From a bacterium (GTDB lineage Bacteria > Sysuimicrobiota > Sysuimicrobiia > Sysuimicrobiales > Humicultoraceae), in the NCBI GenBank assembly GCA_036004665.1, contig DASYRG010000029.1:12753-76752 (forward strand): a DNA stretch of 64,000 nucleotides, read 5' to 3'. The notes beneath the pieces are model-generated. The model was not told where the DNA came from. It ran no database searches and saw only the letters and a program-made list of their open reading frames with translations. This document shows positions 10,401-18,738 of this stretch, one piece after another. A program made the translations under genes and the position numbers. Positions within the stretch are counted from its first letter, which is position 1; each line of letters begins with the position of its first letter.

Positions 10401-11867
10401 CAGTTCAGCGGGGCACTCAGCGATCCCGAGATCGGGCTGTCGCTGGAGCTGCGCGACGGCGGCGTCGAGGGGTTGACATTCGACTCGCTCGTGGCCAACG
10501 CGTTTTACCAGGACGGCCAGTTCCACATCGAGCAGGCGCTCCTCACTGAGGGCACCAACCGGGTCAAAGGGACGGGCACGATTCCCTTCAACCCGGCGCT
10601 GCGCTCGCTGGCGGAGACCCGGCCCATGCGCTTCGAGATCTCGCTGGTGGAAGCCAACCTCGGCCTGCTCACGCTGCTGACCCCCCAGGTGCAGGAGGCG
10701 TCGGGCCGGATGGAAGGGCAGGTCACCCTCAGCGGCACCCCGCGCGCTCCCGAGATGTCCGGGCGGCTGATGGTCCGCGGCGGCCGGATCAAACTGCGCA
10801 GCGTCGTCACGCCGCTGGAAGAGATTGCGGCCGACCTCATCTTCCGCGAGGACCGGCTGACGTTGGACAGCTTCAGCACGCGCATGGGCAGCGGGACGGT
10901 CTCGGCCACGGGCGCGGTGGCCGTGGCCGACTTCCGCCCCGCACGCATCGAGCGGTTGTCCGTGCGCGCGCGCGATGCGCGGCTGGAGGTCAAGCCGCTC
11001 TTTGCCGGCCAGGTCGATGCCGACCTCACCATCGCCGGGTCACTGCTGGACGCCGCCGCTCCCCCCGAGATCGCCGGAACCCTCACCCTCAAGCGGGGGG
11101 ATCTGGTGATCAGCGCGGCGCCCGGGGGGTCGGGGTGGCGGGGACCCAACTTCCGCCTCCACGACGTGCGCGTGCGCGGCGGGGAGGAACTGGCCGTCCA
11201 CCTCGGCCGGGTGCGCATCGACCTGCAAGAAGGGGAGGTCATCGCCGGCGGGACGCTGCGCCAGCCCACCCTCGATGGGGAGTGGGTGGCGGAGCGCGGG
11301 ACGATGACCGTCTTCGGTCAGACGTTCATCCTGCGGGAGGGGCGGGCGCGCTTCCTCCCCCAACTGGGGTTGACGCCCATTGTCTCGCTGGAAGCCGAGA
11401 CGCAGTTGGGCGCCACGCGGGTCTTCATCGAGGTGCATCAGGCGTTGCCGCACGAGATGGCGGACCGGATGATTCTGCGGTCCGATCCCCCGCTCAGCCG
11501 TGAGGAGATCGCCCAGCTCCTGGCGCAGCACTCCGGGCTGGCGCATCTCGCCGCCGGGGACGTCCAGTCGGCGCTGCGGGTCGAGCTCTCCCGCGCGCTC
11601 TTCGGCGAGATCGGGCAGACGGTGGCGCGCGCCCTGGGGCTGACCGAGTTCGTCATCCAGTACGATTTCGCTCAGCCGCTGCAGCTGCGCATCGGGCGGC
11701 TGCTCGTGCGCGATCTCTACCTGACCCTGACGACGGTCTTCGAGGCGCCCCGCACCCGCTTCGTCTGGGCGCTGGAATGGCGCTTCGCCCGCAACCTCAT
11801 GTTCACGCTGAGCCTGGACAATGTTGGGCGCTCCGACGCGCTGCTGCTCTATCAGATCCGGTTCTAA
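7476..11867 (+). CDS. tamB: Translocation and assembly module protein TamB (AsmA-like, DUF490 C-terminus), 1463 aa
   Basis: Single N-terminal TM segment, very long beta-rich body and the characteristic DUF490 C-terminus (...LQLRIGRLLVRDLYLTLTTVFEAPRTRFVWALEWRF...LLLYQIRF). Lies upstream of bamA as in diderm Firmicutes. Confidence 0.8.
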   Translation: MLVSTMRARRILLLLLIVLALGLGGGVAALWFSGTLHGRVREQLVASAEASLGREVAVGRLRGDPLRGVVIDDLAVARTDRLSEGAMITAERAEIRFDALALGRDLLTGRGVLPSIRQIVLVSPTLALEVSREGRWNVADLLRRQPAGGGPSVFRPLVEIRAGAVDFSDAFGLRRPFLARFSQVNGTVDLRAWPRVRLAAELVSLRADRATPLVASGTYLAGMDALDLAVSAERAPLVQWGPYFVRVPGFVLDGGYADAAFHVLRTRWGGRRALDYRGTLRLYDAEALLLPQRARLRDAHGVIEVDNLGLRTEALALTVDGSPLRLRGEMISTARGRRLDLTAVSQEMDLTTLRRVLFPGSQLALVGRTGGEVRIRGPMQTLTVEGALYHARGAINAQPFTITRSGVTVIGNLLALDGLSATAGSARVSGEVRHLLGTPELLVAGEAHDLSAEIWRRAGIPLSLPLEGRLDGSVALGRTGDSLMVEAALTMTSGRAGGLRVDGIRAGGWVEDGAFYFPYLVGAQGTSQVHAAGAVAESGRLAMDVAGTDLDLRRISALVGLRPAISGQADVRGRLTGSLAAPVFDGDLVMGRGSAGTLAFDGAEGPLHLTRQSVSTPGLLIRDGPGTYRLAGTAQWAAAHPALDLTVDAEEIAAAALARDAGLALDLRGRLSGRLHIGGTPRRPSVTASLTLREGRLEGQQVDEATAAFRWVDGTLHLDRAEARVRDSLIQASGTVRRDGETEMTISARQFDLRHLTILPPQLLAASGKIDLNGRVSGKGLNRVAGVLSSSDLTLNGQRFDQAEGLVRWAQGRLHLEPLTLRQGPGEYTITGTLELQGPVRFDLQGEVAGGRLSTLLALGGVRPPFPLDGRLDGVVRVEGTPARPSASLDARLSQGRLGDHPIEEGQAVLSARDDVITVERLRLRSGSGEIAAQGRVALRGSSALEVSGSNLNLDLLRPLLGLRRPLRGTLSFTTQFSGALSDPEIGLSLELRDGGVEGLTFDSLVANAFYQDGQFHIEQALLTEGTNRVKGTGTIPFNPALRSLAETRPMRFEISLVEANLGLLTLLTPQVQEASGRMEGQVTLSGTPRAPEMSGRLMVRGGRIKLRSVVTPLEEIAADLIFREDRLTLDSFSTRMGSGTVSATGAVAVADFRPARIERLSVRARDARLEVKPLFAGQVDADLTIAGSLLDAAAPPEIAGTLTLKRGDLVISAAPGGSGWRGPNFRLHDVRVRGGEELAVHLGRVRIDLQEGEVIAGGTLRQPTLDGEWVAERGTMTVFGQTFILREGRARFLPQLGLTPIVSLEAETQLGATRVFIEVHQALPHEMADRMILRSDPPLSREEIAQLLAQHSGLAHLAAGDVQSALRVELSRALFGEIGQTVARALGLTEFVIQYDFAQPLQLRIGRLLVRDLYLTLTTVFEAPRTRFVWALEWRFARNLMFTLSLDNVGRSDALLLYQIRF

Positions 11868-11980
11868 CGCGACCGAGCGCGCCGCGCAGGATTCGGCGGA
11901 GCCTGAACGAACACGAGACAGGATGCGCCGACCGCGCCTGATCGTTCCCGACGTCGACCCCCGCGAGGTGAGGCCGCGCC

Positions 11981-12607
11981 ATGTTCGCCGACTACCTGCG
12001 TGAACTCCAGCGGGTGCGCCTGCTCACCCCCGTAGAGGAAGCGGAGTGCTGGCGGCGCTTCCGCGGCGGCGGCGACGCCGAGAGTCGCCTGCGCCTGATC
12101 GAAGCCTACCAGCCCCTCGTCTTCAAGCTGGCGATGCAGCTGCAGCTCCCCCGGCCGAGGGTGATGGACTTCATCCAGGAAGGCACCGTCGGCCTGATCG
12201 AAGCGGTGGAGCGGTTCGATCCCACGCGTCGGGTCCGCTTCAGCACCTTCGCTGCCTACCGCATCCGGGGGCGAATGCTCAACGCCCTGGGGCGCCGCGG
12301 TCCGGAGCTCTCACTGGACCAACTCGTCGCCGACGAACTGGCGGCCGCCCTGGGCGACCTCGAGGCGGAGACGGCGCTGGCGCGTGTGGAGGACCGCGTC
12401 CTCGTCTCCCAGGTGGGGGCGGCGATCGCCGAGCTGCCTGAGCGGGAACGGGAGATTCTGCGAGCCTTCCTGATGCGCCGGGAGCCCCGCGCGGTCGCCC
12501 GGGGGCTGCGGATCAGCCTCTCCCATTTCTACCGGTTGCAGAACCAGGCGATCGCCCGTGTGCGCGCCATGTTGCGGGGGGCCGCCCCGGGTACCGGATC
12601 GCCCTGA
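11981..12607 (+). CDS. Sigma-70 family RNA polymerase sigma factor (group 3/4-like)
   Basis: Region 2 (LVFKLAMQL...DFIQEGTVGLIEAVERFDP...FSTFAAYRIRG) and a region 4 helix-turn-helix (ISLSHFYRLQNQAIARVRA). RBS GAGGTGAGG. Confidence 0.75.
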   Translation: MFADYLRELQRVRLLTPVEEAECWRRFRGGGDAESRLRLIEAYQPLVFKLAMQLQLPRPRVMDFIQEGTVGLIEAVERFDPTRRVRFSTFAAYRIRGRMLNALGRRGPELSLDQLVADELAAALGDLEAETALARVEDRVLVSQVGAAIAELPEREREILRAFLMRREPRAVARGLRISLSHFYRLQNQAIARVRAMLRGAAPGTGSP

Positions 12608-12687
12608 GCGTCTCCGCGGCGCGCGGCGGCGGCATGCGAGAGAGGCAGGCGGGGCGGGGATAGTAACTGAGGGAAGGCGGTATCGAA

Positions 12688-13311
12688 GTGGAGGAGGGAG
12701 TCCTGGTGTCGACTGACGTCAAGACCGCAAGGCGGCGCGATCAGCTCAGCCACCACATCGGGTTTGCCGAACGCTGGCTGACCCGGGCCAAAGGGGAGGT
12801 CGCCCGCGGTGATCTGGGCCGGGGCCAGCTCACGCTGCTGCTGGCCGAGGCGGAGATCCATCATGCCCGCGCGGCGGAGGGGGCGCCCGCCACGGCGCCG
12901 CGTCCGCACCCGGTGACGATGATCGTGGGCACGACCCTCCTGGCCGCCGCGCTCCTGTCCGGACTTGCCGCGGCGCTACCGCGGAGCACCGTGACTTCCG
13001 TGCTACCCTCCTCCCCTCCCATGATCCGGTTCAAGCAGCCGGTCGGCAGCACCCTTGCCCTGATCCCGATGGTCGCGGCGCCTCAGACCCCGACGCAGAT
13101 GCTCTCTGCTCCGGCGCGCGGGCCCGCCCTCGCTGGCGCCCCTCGAGCAGCGCCGCGGCGCTCGCCGGTCCGAACAGCCGTGCCGTCCCGGCCCGTGTCC
13201 ATTCCCGCGCCGCCGCTACCGGCCGCGGCGCCCCTGGTCCTCGTCTCTGACGGCGACTTGATCGACCTGGTCCTCGCAGCGGAGCGCTCGCTGCGCGGGG
13301 AGAAGCGGTAG
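12688..13311 (+). CDS. Single-pass membrane protein; possible anti-sigma factor
   Basis: Immediately downstream of the sigma factor. N-terminal cytoplasmic segment, one TM helix (MIVGTTLLAAALLSGLAAAL) and a Pro/Ala-rich extracytoplasmic tail. No recognisable catalytic motifs. Confidence 0.35.
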   Translation: MEEGVLVSTDVKTARRRDQLSHHIGFAERWLTRAKGEVARGDLGRGQLTLLLAEAEIHHARAAEGAPATAPRPHPVTMIVGTTLLAAALLSGLAAALPRSTVTSVLPSSPPMIRFKQPVGSTLALIPMVAAPQTPTQMLSAPARGPALAGAPRAAPRRSPVRTAVPSRPVSIPAPPLPAAAPLVLVSDGDLIDLVLAAERSLRGEKR

Positions 13312-13326
13312 GCGGTTTCACCAGGG

Positions 13327-15300
13327 ATGAAGATCGTCCTCCGCCGGCGCCGCTGGACCTGTGCCTGCACGTGGCTGGTCGTCATCCTTGCCCTCGCCCT
13401 CGGCACCGCTCAGCCGCCGCTCTTCGCTCAGACGCCGACTCCCACTCCGACGTCCTCGCCCACGCCGGCGCCCACTCCCCTGCCCGCACCGACCGCGACG
13501 CCGGTACCGGCTCCAGCCGCGCCCACCGCATCGCCGGCACCGGGAGCCACGCCGACCACCGCCCCGAGCCCTACCCCGACCGCGCGACCCACCCCGACGG
13601 CGACCCCGGCCGCGCCGCGTCCAGCAGCGACCGCCACGCCGGCGCAGCGTGTGATCGCCGTCGAGGTCGTCGGCAACAAGCAGATCGCCCTCGAGCGCAT
13701 CACCGAGGTGATCACAACGAAGGTGGGGGAGGTCCTCGATCCGGAGAAGGTCCGGCGGGATCTCGAGGCCATCCTGCAGCTGGGGTGGTTCGCGGACGTG
13801 TCGATCCGGGTGGAAACCGAACCGACGGGCGTGCGCGTGGTCTTTCTCATCGTGGAGAACCCCGTGATCAGCACGGTGGCAGTCGAGGGCAACACCGTCA
13901 TTGCGACGGAGGCGCTCATCGGCGCGCTGAAGGTCCCCCTTGGCCAGGTGTTGAACGCCCGCCAGCTCCGCGAGGGCATCAGGGCGGTCGAGCAGCTCTA
14001 TGAGAGCCGGGGCTACGTGCTGGCCCGGGTCACCGACGCCACGGTGGAGCCGGCCGGGGATGGCCGGCTGGTCATCCGGATCGCCGAAGGACGCGTGGAG
14101 GACATCGTCTTCCGCGGGCTCACCAAGACGAGGCCGCGCGTGGCCCAACGCTACCTGCGGATGAAGCGCGGCGACGTCTTCAACGTCGGGGCGATGAACG
14201 CCGATTTGCAGCGACTCTTCGACAGCGGACTCTTCGAGAACGTCCAGGCGCGCCCCCGCCCGGGCTCGGGACCGGACACCGTGGTCATCGAGATCGAGGT
14301 CAAAGAGGCCCAGACCGGGCGCATCGGCTTCGGCATCGGGTACAGCAGCGCCAGAGGGCTGATCGGACAGATCGAGTACGGCGAGCGGAACTGGCGCGGG
14401 ACGGGACAGTCCATCTCGCTGCGCATCGAGCGCGGGATCACCCGCGGGACCCTGGGGATCTCCAGCAAGCTCAACTTCCAGCTGAACTACCGGGAACCGT
14501 TCCTCGACGACCGGCCCACGACACTGGAGATCGGTCTCTTCGGGCTGTCGTCCATCCAATCGGAGGTGATCAGCAGGGAGACGACGTCACGCTTCGAGCT
14601 GGAGCGCACCGGCAGCTTCCTCGAGGTGGGCAGGCCGCTCGATGCGGTGACGACGCTCTCGCTGCGCGTGCGCTCGGAGCTGGCGGTGATCACGGCGCTG
14701 CCCCTCGATTCCAACAGCGAGGATTGTCCCTGCCCCCTCCCCAGCCTCTACAGCCCGGGCCGGACGATCTCGCTGCTGACCTCCGCCGTCAGGGAGACGC
14801 GGGACAGCCGGATCAACCCCACCCGCGGGAGCCGCCAGCTGCTGTCGCTGGAGGTGGGGTTGCCGGTGCTGGGTGGAGAGTTCTCCTTCCAGAAATACTT
14901 CGGCGAGTACATCCAGTACTTCTCCGTGGGGGCGGGCCACGTGGCCGCCCGCGCGCAGTTGGGGCTGGGCAGCGGCTTCATCCCCTTCCAGGAGTGGTAC
15001 GTCCTGGGCGGACCGACGACGCTGCGCGGGGCGCAGGCCGGCCAGTTCCGCGGCACCAGTATGGCGATGGTGAACGTGGAGTACCGCCATCCCCTCGGCG
15101 GCATCGCCTCGTTCCTCAAGGAATTCCAAGGCATCGTGTTCGTCGACGTGGGGGCGGCGCCGATCAGCGGAGGAGGCAACTTCTCAACCAGTTATGGCAT
15201 CGGCACCTCGTTCAACTCGCCCCTCGGCGTGATCCGGTTCGATCTGGCCTTCGGGCCGGGGGGAACCCAGACGTGGATCAACCTGGGCCAGCCCTTCTAA
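13327..15300 (+). CDS. bamA: Outer membrane protein assembly factor BamA (Omp85) with N-terminal Pro/Thr-rich linker
   Basis: Signal peptide, about 75 aa of PT-rich low complexity, POTRA-like repeats (VIAVEVVGNKQIALERI...VSIRVETEPTGVRVVFLIVENPVI...) and a C-terminal beta-barrel ending ...INLGQPF. Confidence 0.85.
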   Translation: MKIVLRRRRWTCACTWLVVILALALGTAQPPLFAQTPTPTPTSSPTPAPTPLPAPTATPVPAPAAPTASPAPGATPTTAPSPTPTARPTPTATPAAPRPAATATPAQRVIAVEVVGNKQIALERITEVITTKVGEVLDPEKVRRDLEAILQLGWFADVSIRVETEPTGVRVVFLIVENPVISTVAVEGNTVIATEALIGALKVPLGQVLNARQLREGIRAVEQLYESRGYVLARVTDATVEPAGDGRLVIRIAEGRVEDIVFRGLTKTRPRVAQRYLRMKRGDVFNVGAMNADLQRLFDSGLFENVQARPRPGSGPDTVVIEIEVKEAQTGRIGFGIGYSSARGLIGQIEYGERNWRGTGQSISLRIERGITRGTLGISSKLNFQLNYREPFLDDRPTTLEIGLFGLSSIQSEVISRETTSRFELERTGSFLEVGRPLDAVTTLSLRVRSELAVITALPLDSNSEDCPCPLPSLYSPGRTISLLTSAVRETRDSRINPTRGSRQLLSLEVGLPVLGGEFSFQKYFGEYIQYFSVGAGHVAARAQLGLGSGFIPFQEWYVLGGPTTLRGAQAGQFRGTSMAMVNVEYRHPLGGIASFLKEFQGIVFVDVGAAPISGGGNFSTSYGIGTSFNSPLGVIRFDLAFGPGGTQTWINLGQPF

Positions 15301-15311
15301 GCCGCCGCCGG

Positions 15312-16595
15312 CTGGCCGGGGGAACGGCCGCCGCGGCGCGGGGTCTGGTCCTGCTGCTCGCCCTGAGCGGGCCCGCCAAGGCGGCCGCCGTCGTGGTGCA
15401 GAGCGTCGACGTTCGCTTGGCCGTCGAGGGCGCCGGCCCGCCCCCGCTGGTGCGCGCCCGGCTGCAGGAAACGGTGGCGACGGTGGCCCAGCGGCTGCTG
15501 ATCGGCCGGGCGGTCGAGCAGCTGCGCCCCGCCCAGGCGCAGCTGCAGACGACGCTGGCGACTGTGGTCGACCGCGTCATCACCGGCTATTCGGTCACGG
15601 AGACGCGGCTCGAAGTCGGAGCGGCCACGGTCGTCGCCGTGCGGCTGCGCCCCGACCCCCCGGTGATCGCCGGCGTGGAGATTCTCCCCAAGACGGTGGT
15701 GCATCCGGCGGTCGCCCCGCTCGTGCTGGCACCGATCGATCACGAGGTCGCGCCGGCCGTGCGGACCATGCTGATGGGGCTGCCGGTGGAAGCGCTGGAC
15801 TGGGCAGGGCCGCTGATCGCCGAGGAGGCCCGCCGCGTCTCTGAATCGCTGCTGCCCGGGTTTGCCGCGGTGGTGCGGGTGCGGGGAGGGACGGCGGCCC
15901 GGGTGGAGATCGATCTGGCGGCCCGGGAGGGTCGGGTGGTGCGTGACATTGGAGTGCGTTTCCGGTCCTCCTCCATCCCGACGCTCCTGCTGGAAACCCA
16001 CGCGCCTGCGGTGACCTCGCTGGCCGAACCGGTACGGGGTCTGCCCGTCGTCTTTGCCGAGGGACACCGGGCAGACCTGGAGCGGCTGCTGGGCGAACGC
16101 CTGCGGGCCTACCCACCGGTCGGCCAGTACCACGTCGTCGTTCGACCGGTGCTGCGGGTGGCCGAGACCACCTACGTCACAGTGCTGGCCGATTCGCTGG
16201 CGTGGATGGGACGGGTCGAGGCCGTGGTGAACCTGGGCTCCCGCGCCCCGGCGCCGGAACTCCGGCTGCACCTCGGTCGTCTGTTTGATCGGTTCGAGCT
16301 CTTCGCCGAGGCGGCGATTCCCCCCAACACGTTCGCCGGCCGCTACGACCTGGGGGTGCGCTATCGGGTCACCGACGCGCTCGACCTGGGGAGCAACGTC
16401 GCGCTGAACGCGGTCGCAGTGACCCCCTGGGCAATTTACCGCCTCTCGCCAGACCTGAGCGTCCGGGCGGCGTATGAGATTCACCAGCGGCGCTTCGAAG
16501 GCGGCGTCCGCTACCGGTTCCACGAGTTCCTCTCGGGTGAACTGGTGGGGACCTCGGGAGGAGAGGTGTGGCTGCAGGTAATAAGCAACCTGTGA
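15312..16595 (+). CDS. Secreted hypothetical protein (~430 aa) between bamA and skp; start codon uncertain
   Basis: Long open frame starting immediately after the bamA stop, with a signal-like segment (RGLVLLLALSGPAKAAA). No ATG/GTG/TTG between the bamA stop and the signal peptide; a CTG at ~15312 is the only candidate. The C-terminal third has alternating-hydrophobic strands suggestive of beta structure. Confidence 0.45.
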   Translation: MAGGTAAAARGLVLLLALSGPAKAAAVVVQSVDVRLAVEGAGPPPLVRARLQETVATVAQRLLIGRAVEQLRPAQAQLQTTLATVVDRVITGYSVTETRLEVGAATVVAVRLRPDPPVIAGVEILPKTVVHPAVAPLVLAPIDHEVAPAVRTMLMGLPVEALDWAGPLIAEEARRVSESLLPGFAAVVRVRGGTAARVEIDLAAREGRVVRDIGVRFRSSSIPTLLLETHAPAVTSLAEPVRGLPVVFAEGHRADLERLLGERLRAYPPVGQYHVVVRPVLRVAETTYVTVLADSLAWMGRVEAVVNLGSRAPAPELRLHLGRLFDRFELFAEAAIPPNTFAGRYDLGVRYRVTDALDLGSNVALNAVAVTPWAIYRLSPDLSVRAAYEIHQRRFEGGVRYRFHEFLSGELVGTSGGEVWLQVISNL

Positions 16596-16639
16596 GCGTC
16601 CCTCCTGCGGCGCGCGGGGTATCCCCGCCCTTGATTGAC

Positions 16640-16670
16640 GGTGGCGTGTACAATGAGAGGGTTGTGTGAT
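16640..16670 (+). promoter_or_regulatory. Weak candidate promoter upstream of the skp-lpx-lpt operon (TACAAT -10-like element)
   Basis: Lower-GC intergenic stretch ...cttgattgacggtggcgtgtacaatgagag... upstream of the TTG start with RBS GAGGAGGAG. The -35 spacing is not canonical. Confidence 0.25.
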
Positions 16671-16714
16671 CGACAGCGAGAGATCATCTTGATATTCCTG
16701 AGGAGGAGAACATC

Positions 16715-17200
16715 TTGAAGGTCCTGCGCACCCGCATCCGGCAGAACCCACGCAAGGCCGGCCTCGTCGCCGTGGGCGGCATCATCGCGGTCCTCGTCGT
16801 CGTCGCGGCGGTACTCCTGGCCAGCCAGGGCGGAGCGCCGGTGTTCGGTCAGAGCTTCACCATCGGCTTCGTTGACATGCAGCGCGCCGTGGACGCGCAC
16901 CCGCGCAAGGCCGCCAGCGAGCGGGCCCTCCAGGAGTTCTTCCAGGCGAAGCAGCGGGAGTTCACGACGCGCAGCAAAGGGCTGAGCGTCGAGCAGCGTC
17001 AGTTGCTCGACCGGGAACTGCAGCAGCAGGTCGTCGCGAAGCGTCAGGAGTTGCTGGGCGGCATTGAGAAGGAGCTCCGCACCGCCGTCGAGGATGTCGC
17101 CCGCGCCCAGGGCGTCTCCATCGTCCTGGAGCGCGCCGTGGTGCTCTTCGGCGGCGTGGACCTGACCGACCAGGTCATCACGAAGGTGACCGGCAAGTAG
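16715..17200 (+). CDS. skp: OmpH/Skp-family periplasmic chaperone
   Basis: 161 aa: signal anchor, coiled-coil body, Skp-like pattern (FVDMQRAVDAHPRKAASERALQEF...GVSIVLERAVVLFGGVDLTDQVI). Confidence 0.7.
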   Translation: MKVLRTRIRQNPRKAGLVAVGGIIAVLVVVAAVLLASQGGAPVFGQSFTIGFVDMQRAVDAHPRKAASERALQEFFQAKQREFTTRSKGLSVEQRQLLDRELQQQVVAKRQELLGGIEKELRTAVEDVARAQGVSIVLERAVVLFGGVDLTDQVITKVTGK

Positions 17201-17204
17201 GGAC

Positions 17205-18308
17205 ATGACCCGGGCCGGCGGACTCCTCCTGCTGATGGCCCTGGCCGTCAGCGGCTGTGGGGGACGGGACTCGACCGCGGTTCCCGCACCCAGCCTCACG
17301 CCGGCGCTGACCCGCATCGCCGTCGTTGACCTGGATGCCCTCGTGCGGGCCCACCGCAGCTGGCCGGAGGTCGACGCCATCGCCAAGAAACTCACGGCGG
17401 TCGAGGCCGCGCTGGCCGCGCCGCCGGCGATCCCGCCGATCCTCCAACGCGAGGTGCAGGCTCGGCTGCGGGCCCAGTCCCGCCGGCTGGAGCGCGAATT
17501 CCAGGCGGAGATCGCCGCCCTGAAGAAGCGGCAGACCGAACGGATCGTCCTCTACGCCGCTCGCGTCCGCGTGGAGCAGCAGGCGGCGCTGGCGAAGCTG
17601 CGGGCGCAGGTCGACGCGGAACTCCAGCGGGTCATCGCCGAGCGCGTCCAGGCGGTGCGCGAGGAGCTGCGCCGGTATGAACTGCAGGTCTTCGATGAGT
17701 ACCGCTTCTCCATCGCCAACCTGCGGCTGAAGGCGGATGTCGTGGGCGTCGCCACCGAGGAGGAGCAGCGCCTGCTGATCGAAGAGCTGGATCGCGTGCT
17801 CCAGGAACGCGACGCCAAGGTGCGCGCGCGGGCGGAGGTGCTCGACGCCGTCGTGGTGGACTTCCGGCGGGCCCGCGAGGCAGAGGCCAACGCCACGCTC
17901 GCACGCGCCCGCGTTGCCGCCGAGGCCCTGACGAAACGCCTCATCCTCGCAAAGGAGCGGGAGATCCAGGCGGAAACCACCCGGATCGGCAAAGCCAGGG
18001 AGGCGGAATTCCGGCGCCGGTTATCCGCGTTTCGCCGCCGCCTCACAGGGATCGAGGAAAGCCAGATGGGCACCGCTCAGCGCCGCTTTGTCGAGGGGCT
18101 GCGCCAGCGCGAGCAGCAGCTGCTGGCGCAACGGCAGGCCCTCACCGAGCAGCGGCTGCGGCTGGAGGACACTATCCTGGCCGACGTGAAGATCGAGGTG
18201 GCGGGGATCGCGGCCGCCCGGGGGCTGGACGTCGTGCTCACCCGGCTGATCGCCAGGGTGAGCGGTGAGGACATCACGCAGGAGGTCCTGGCCCGCCTGA
18301 AGCGGTAG
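17205..18308 (+). CDS. OmpH/Skp-like lipoprotein, long coiled-coil paralogue (367 aa)
   Basis: Lipoprotein signal (LLLLMALAVSGCGG), extended Arg/Glu-rich coiled coil and a Skp-like C-terminus (GLDVVLTRLIARVSGEDITQEVLARL). Confidence 0.55.
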   Translation: MTRAGGLLLLMALAVSGCGGRDSTAVPAPSLTPALTRIAVVDLDALVRAHRSWPEVDAIAKKLTAVEAALAAPPAIPPILQREVQARLRAQSRRLEREFQAEIAALKKRQTERIVLYAARVRVEQQAALAKLRAQVDAELQRVIAERVQAVREELRRYELQVFDEYRFSIANLRLKADVVGVATEEEQRLLIEELDRVLQERDAKVRARAEVLDAVVVDFRRAREAEANATLARARVAAEALTKRLILAKEREIQAETTRIGKAREAEFRRRLSAFRRRLTGIEESQMGTAQRRFVEGLRQREQQLLAQRQALTEQRLRLEDTILADVKIEVAGIAAARGLDVVLTRLIARVSGEDITQEVLARLKR

Positions 18309-18309
18309 C

Positions 18310-18738
18310 ATGCGCAGCCGTCGCCCCGTCTCGGCACTCATCCTGGTGGTCGTCTGCTCCTTCGCTCTGTCCGCGTGCGGCTCCGCCGCCCTGGCTCTTG
18401 TGGACAGCGATCGCGTGCTCAACGAGAGCGTGCGGGCGCTCTCCTTCCAGAGAGAACTCGACGCCCGCGAGAAGGCGATGGCCTTCGACCTTCAATTGCT
18501 CAGCAGCCAGCTGCCGGCCGCCGACCTGGAGGCGCGCCGCAATCAATACCTCAGAGAACTGCAGCAGATGAAGAGCGATTTCGAAGCGCGCTTGAATAAG
18601 GAGATCCGCGAGATGGTCATCCAGATCGTCCGGGAACGCGGCCTCCGCGCCGCCGTCATCGTGAAGGAACCGGTGCTCTACTCGGTGCCGGGCCGCACCG
18701 TGGACATCACCGACGAGGTGATCGCCAAACTCAAGTGA
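18310..18738 (+). CDS. OmpH/Skp-like lipoprotein, short paralogue (142 aa)
   Basis: Lipobox-type signal (FALSACGS), then ...[27 protein letters not shown]...[25 protein letters not shown]. Confidence 0.55.
   Translation: MRSRRPVSALILVVVCSFALSACGSAALALVDSDRVLNESVRALSFQRELDAREKAMAFDLQLLSSQLPAADLEARRNQYLRELQQMKSDFEARLNKEIREMVIQIVRERGLRAAVIVKEPVLYSVPGRTVDITDEVIAKLK

Noticed and set aside
14724-15300. Listed ORF 14724-16595 beginning with an ATG deep inside bamA
   Set aside because: The first ~190 codons are an out-of-frame read-through of bamA with a Pro/Arg/Gly-rich translation. Only the part after the bamA stop (from ~15312) shows signal-peptide and protein-like features, so the start was moved.
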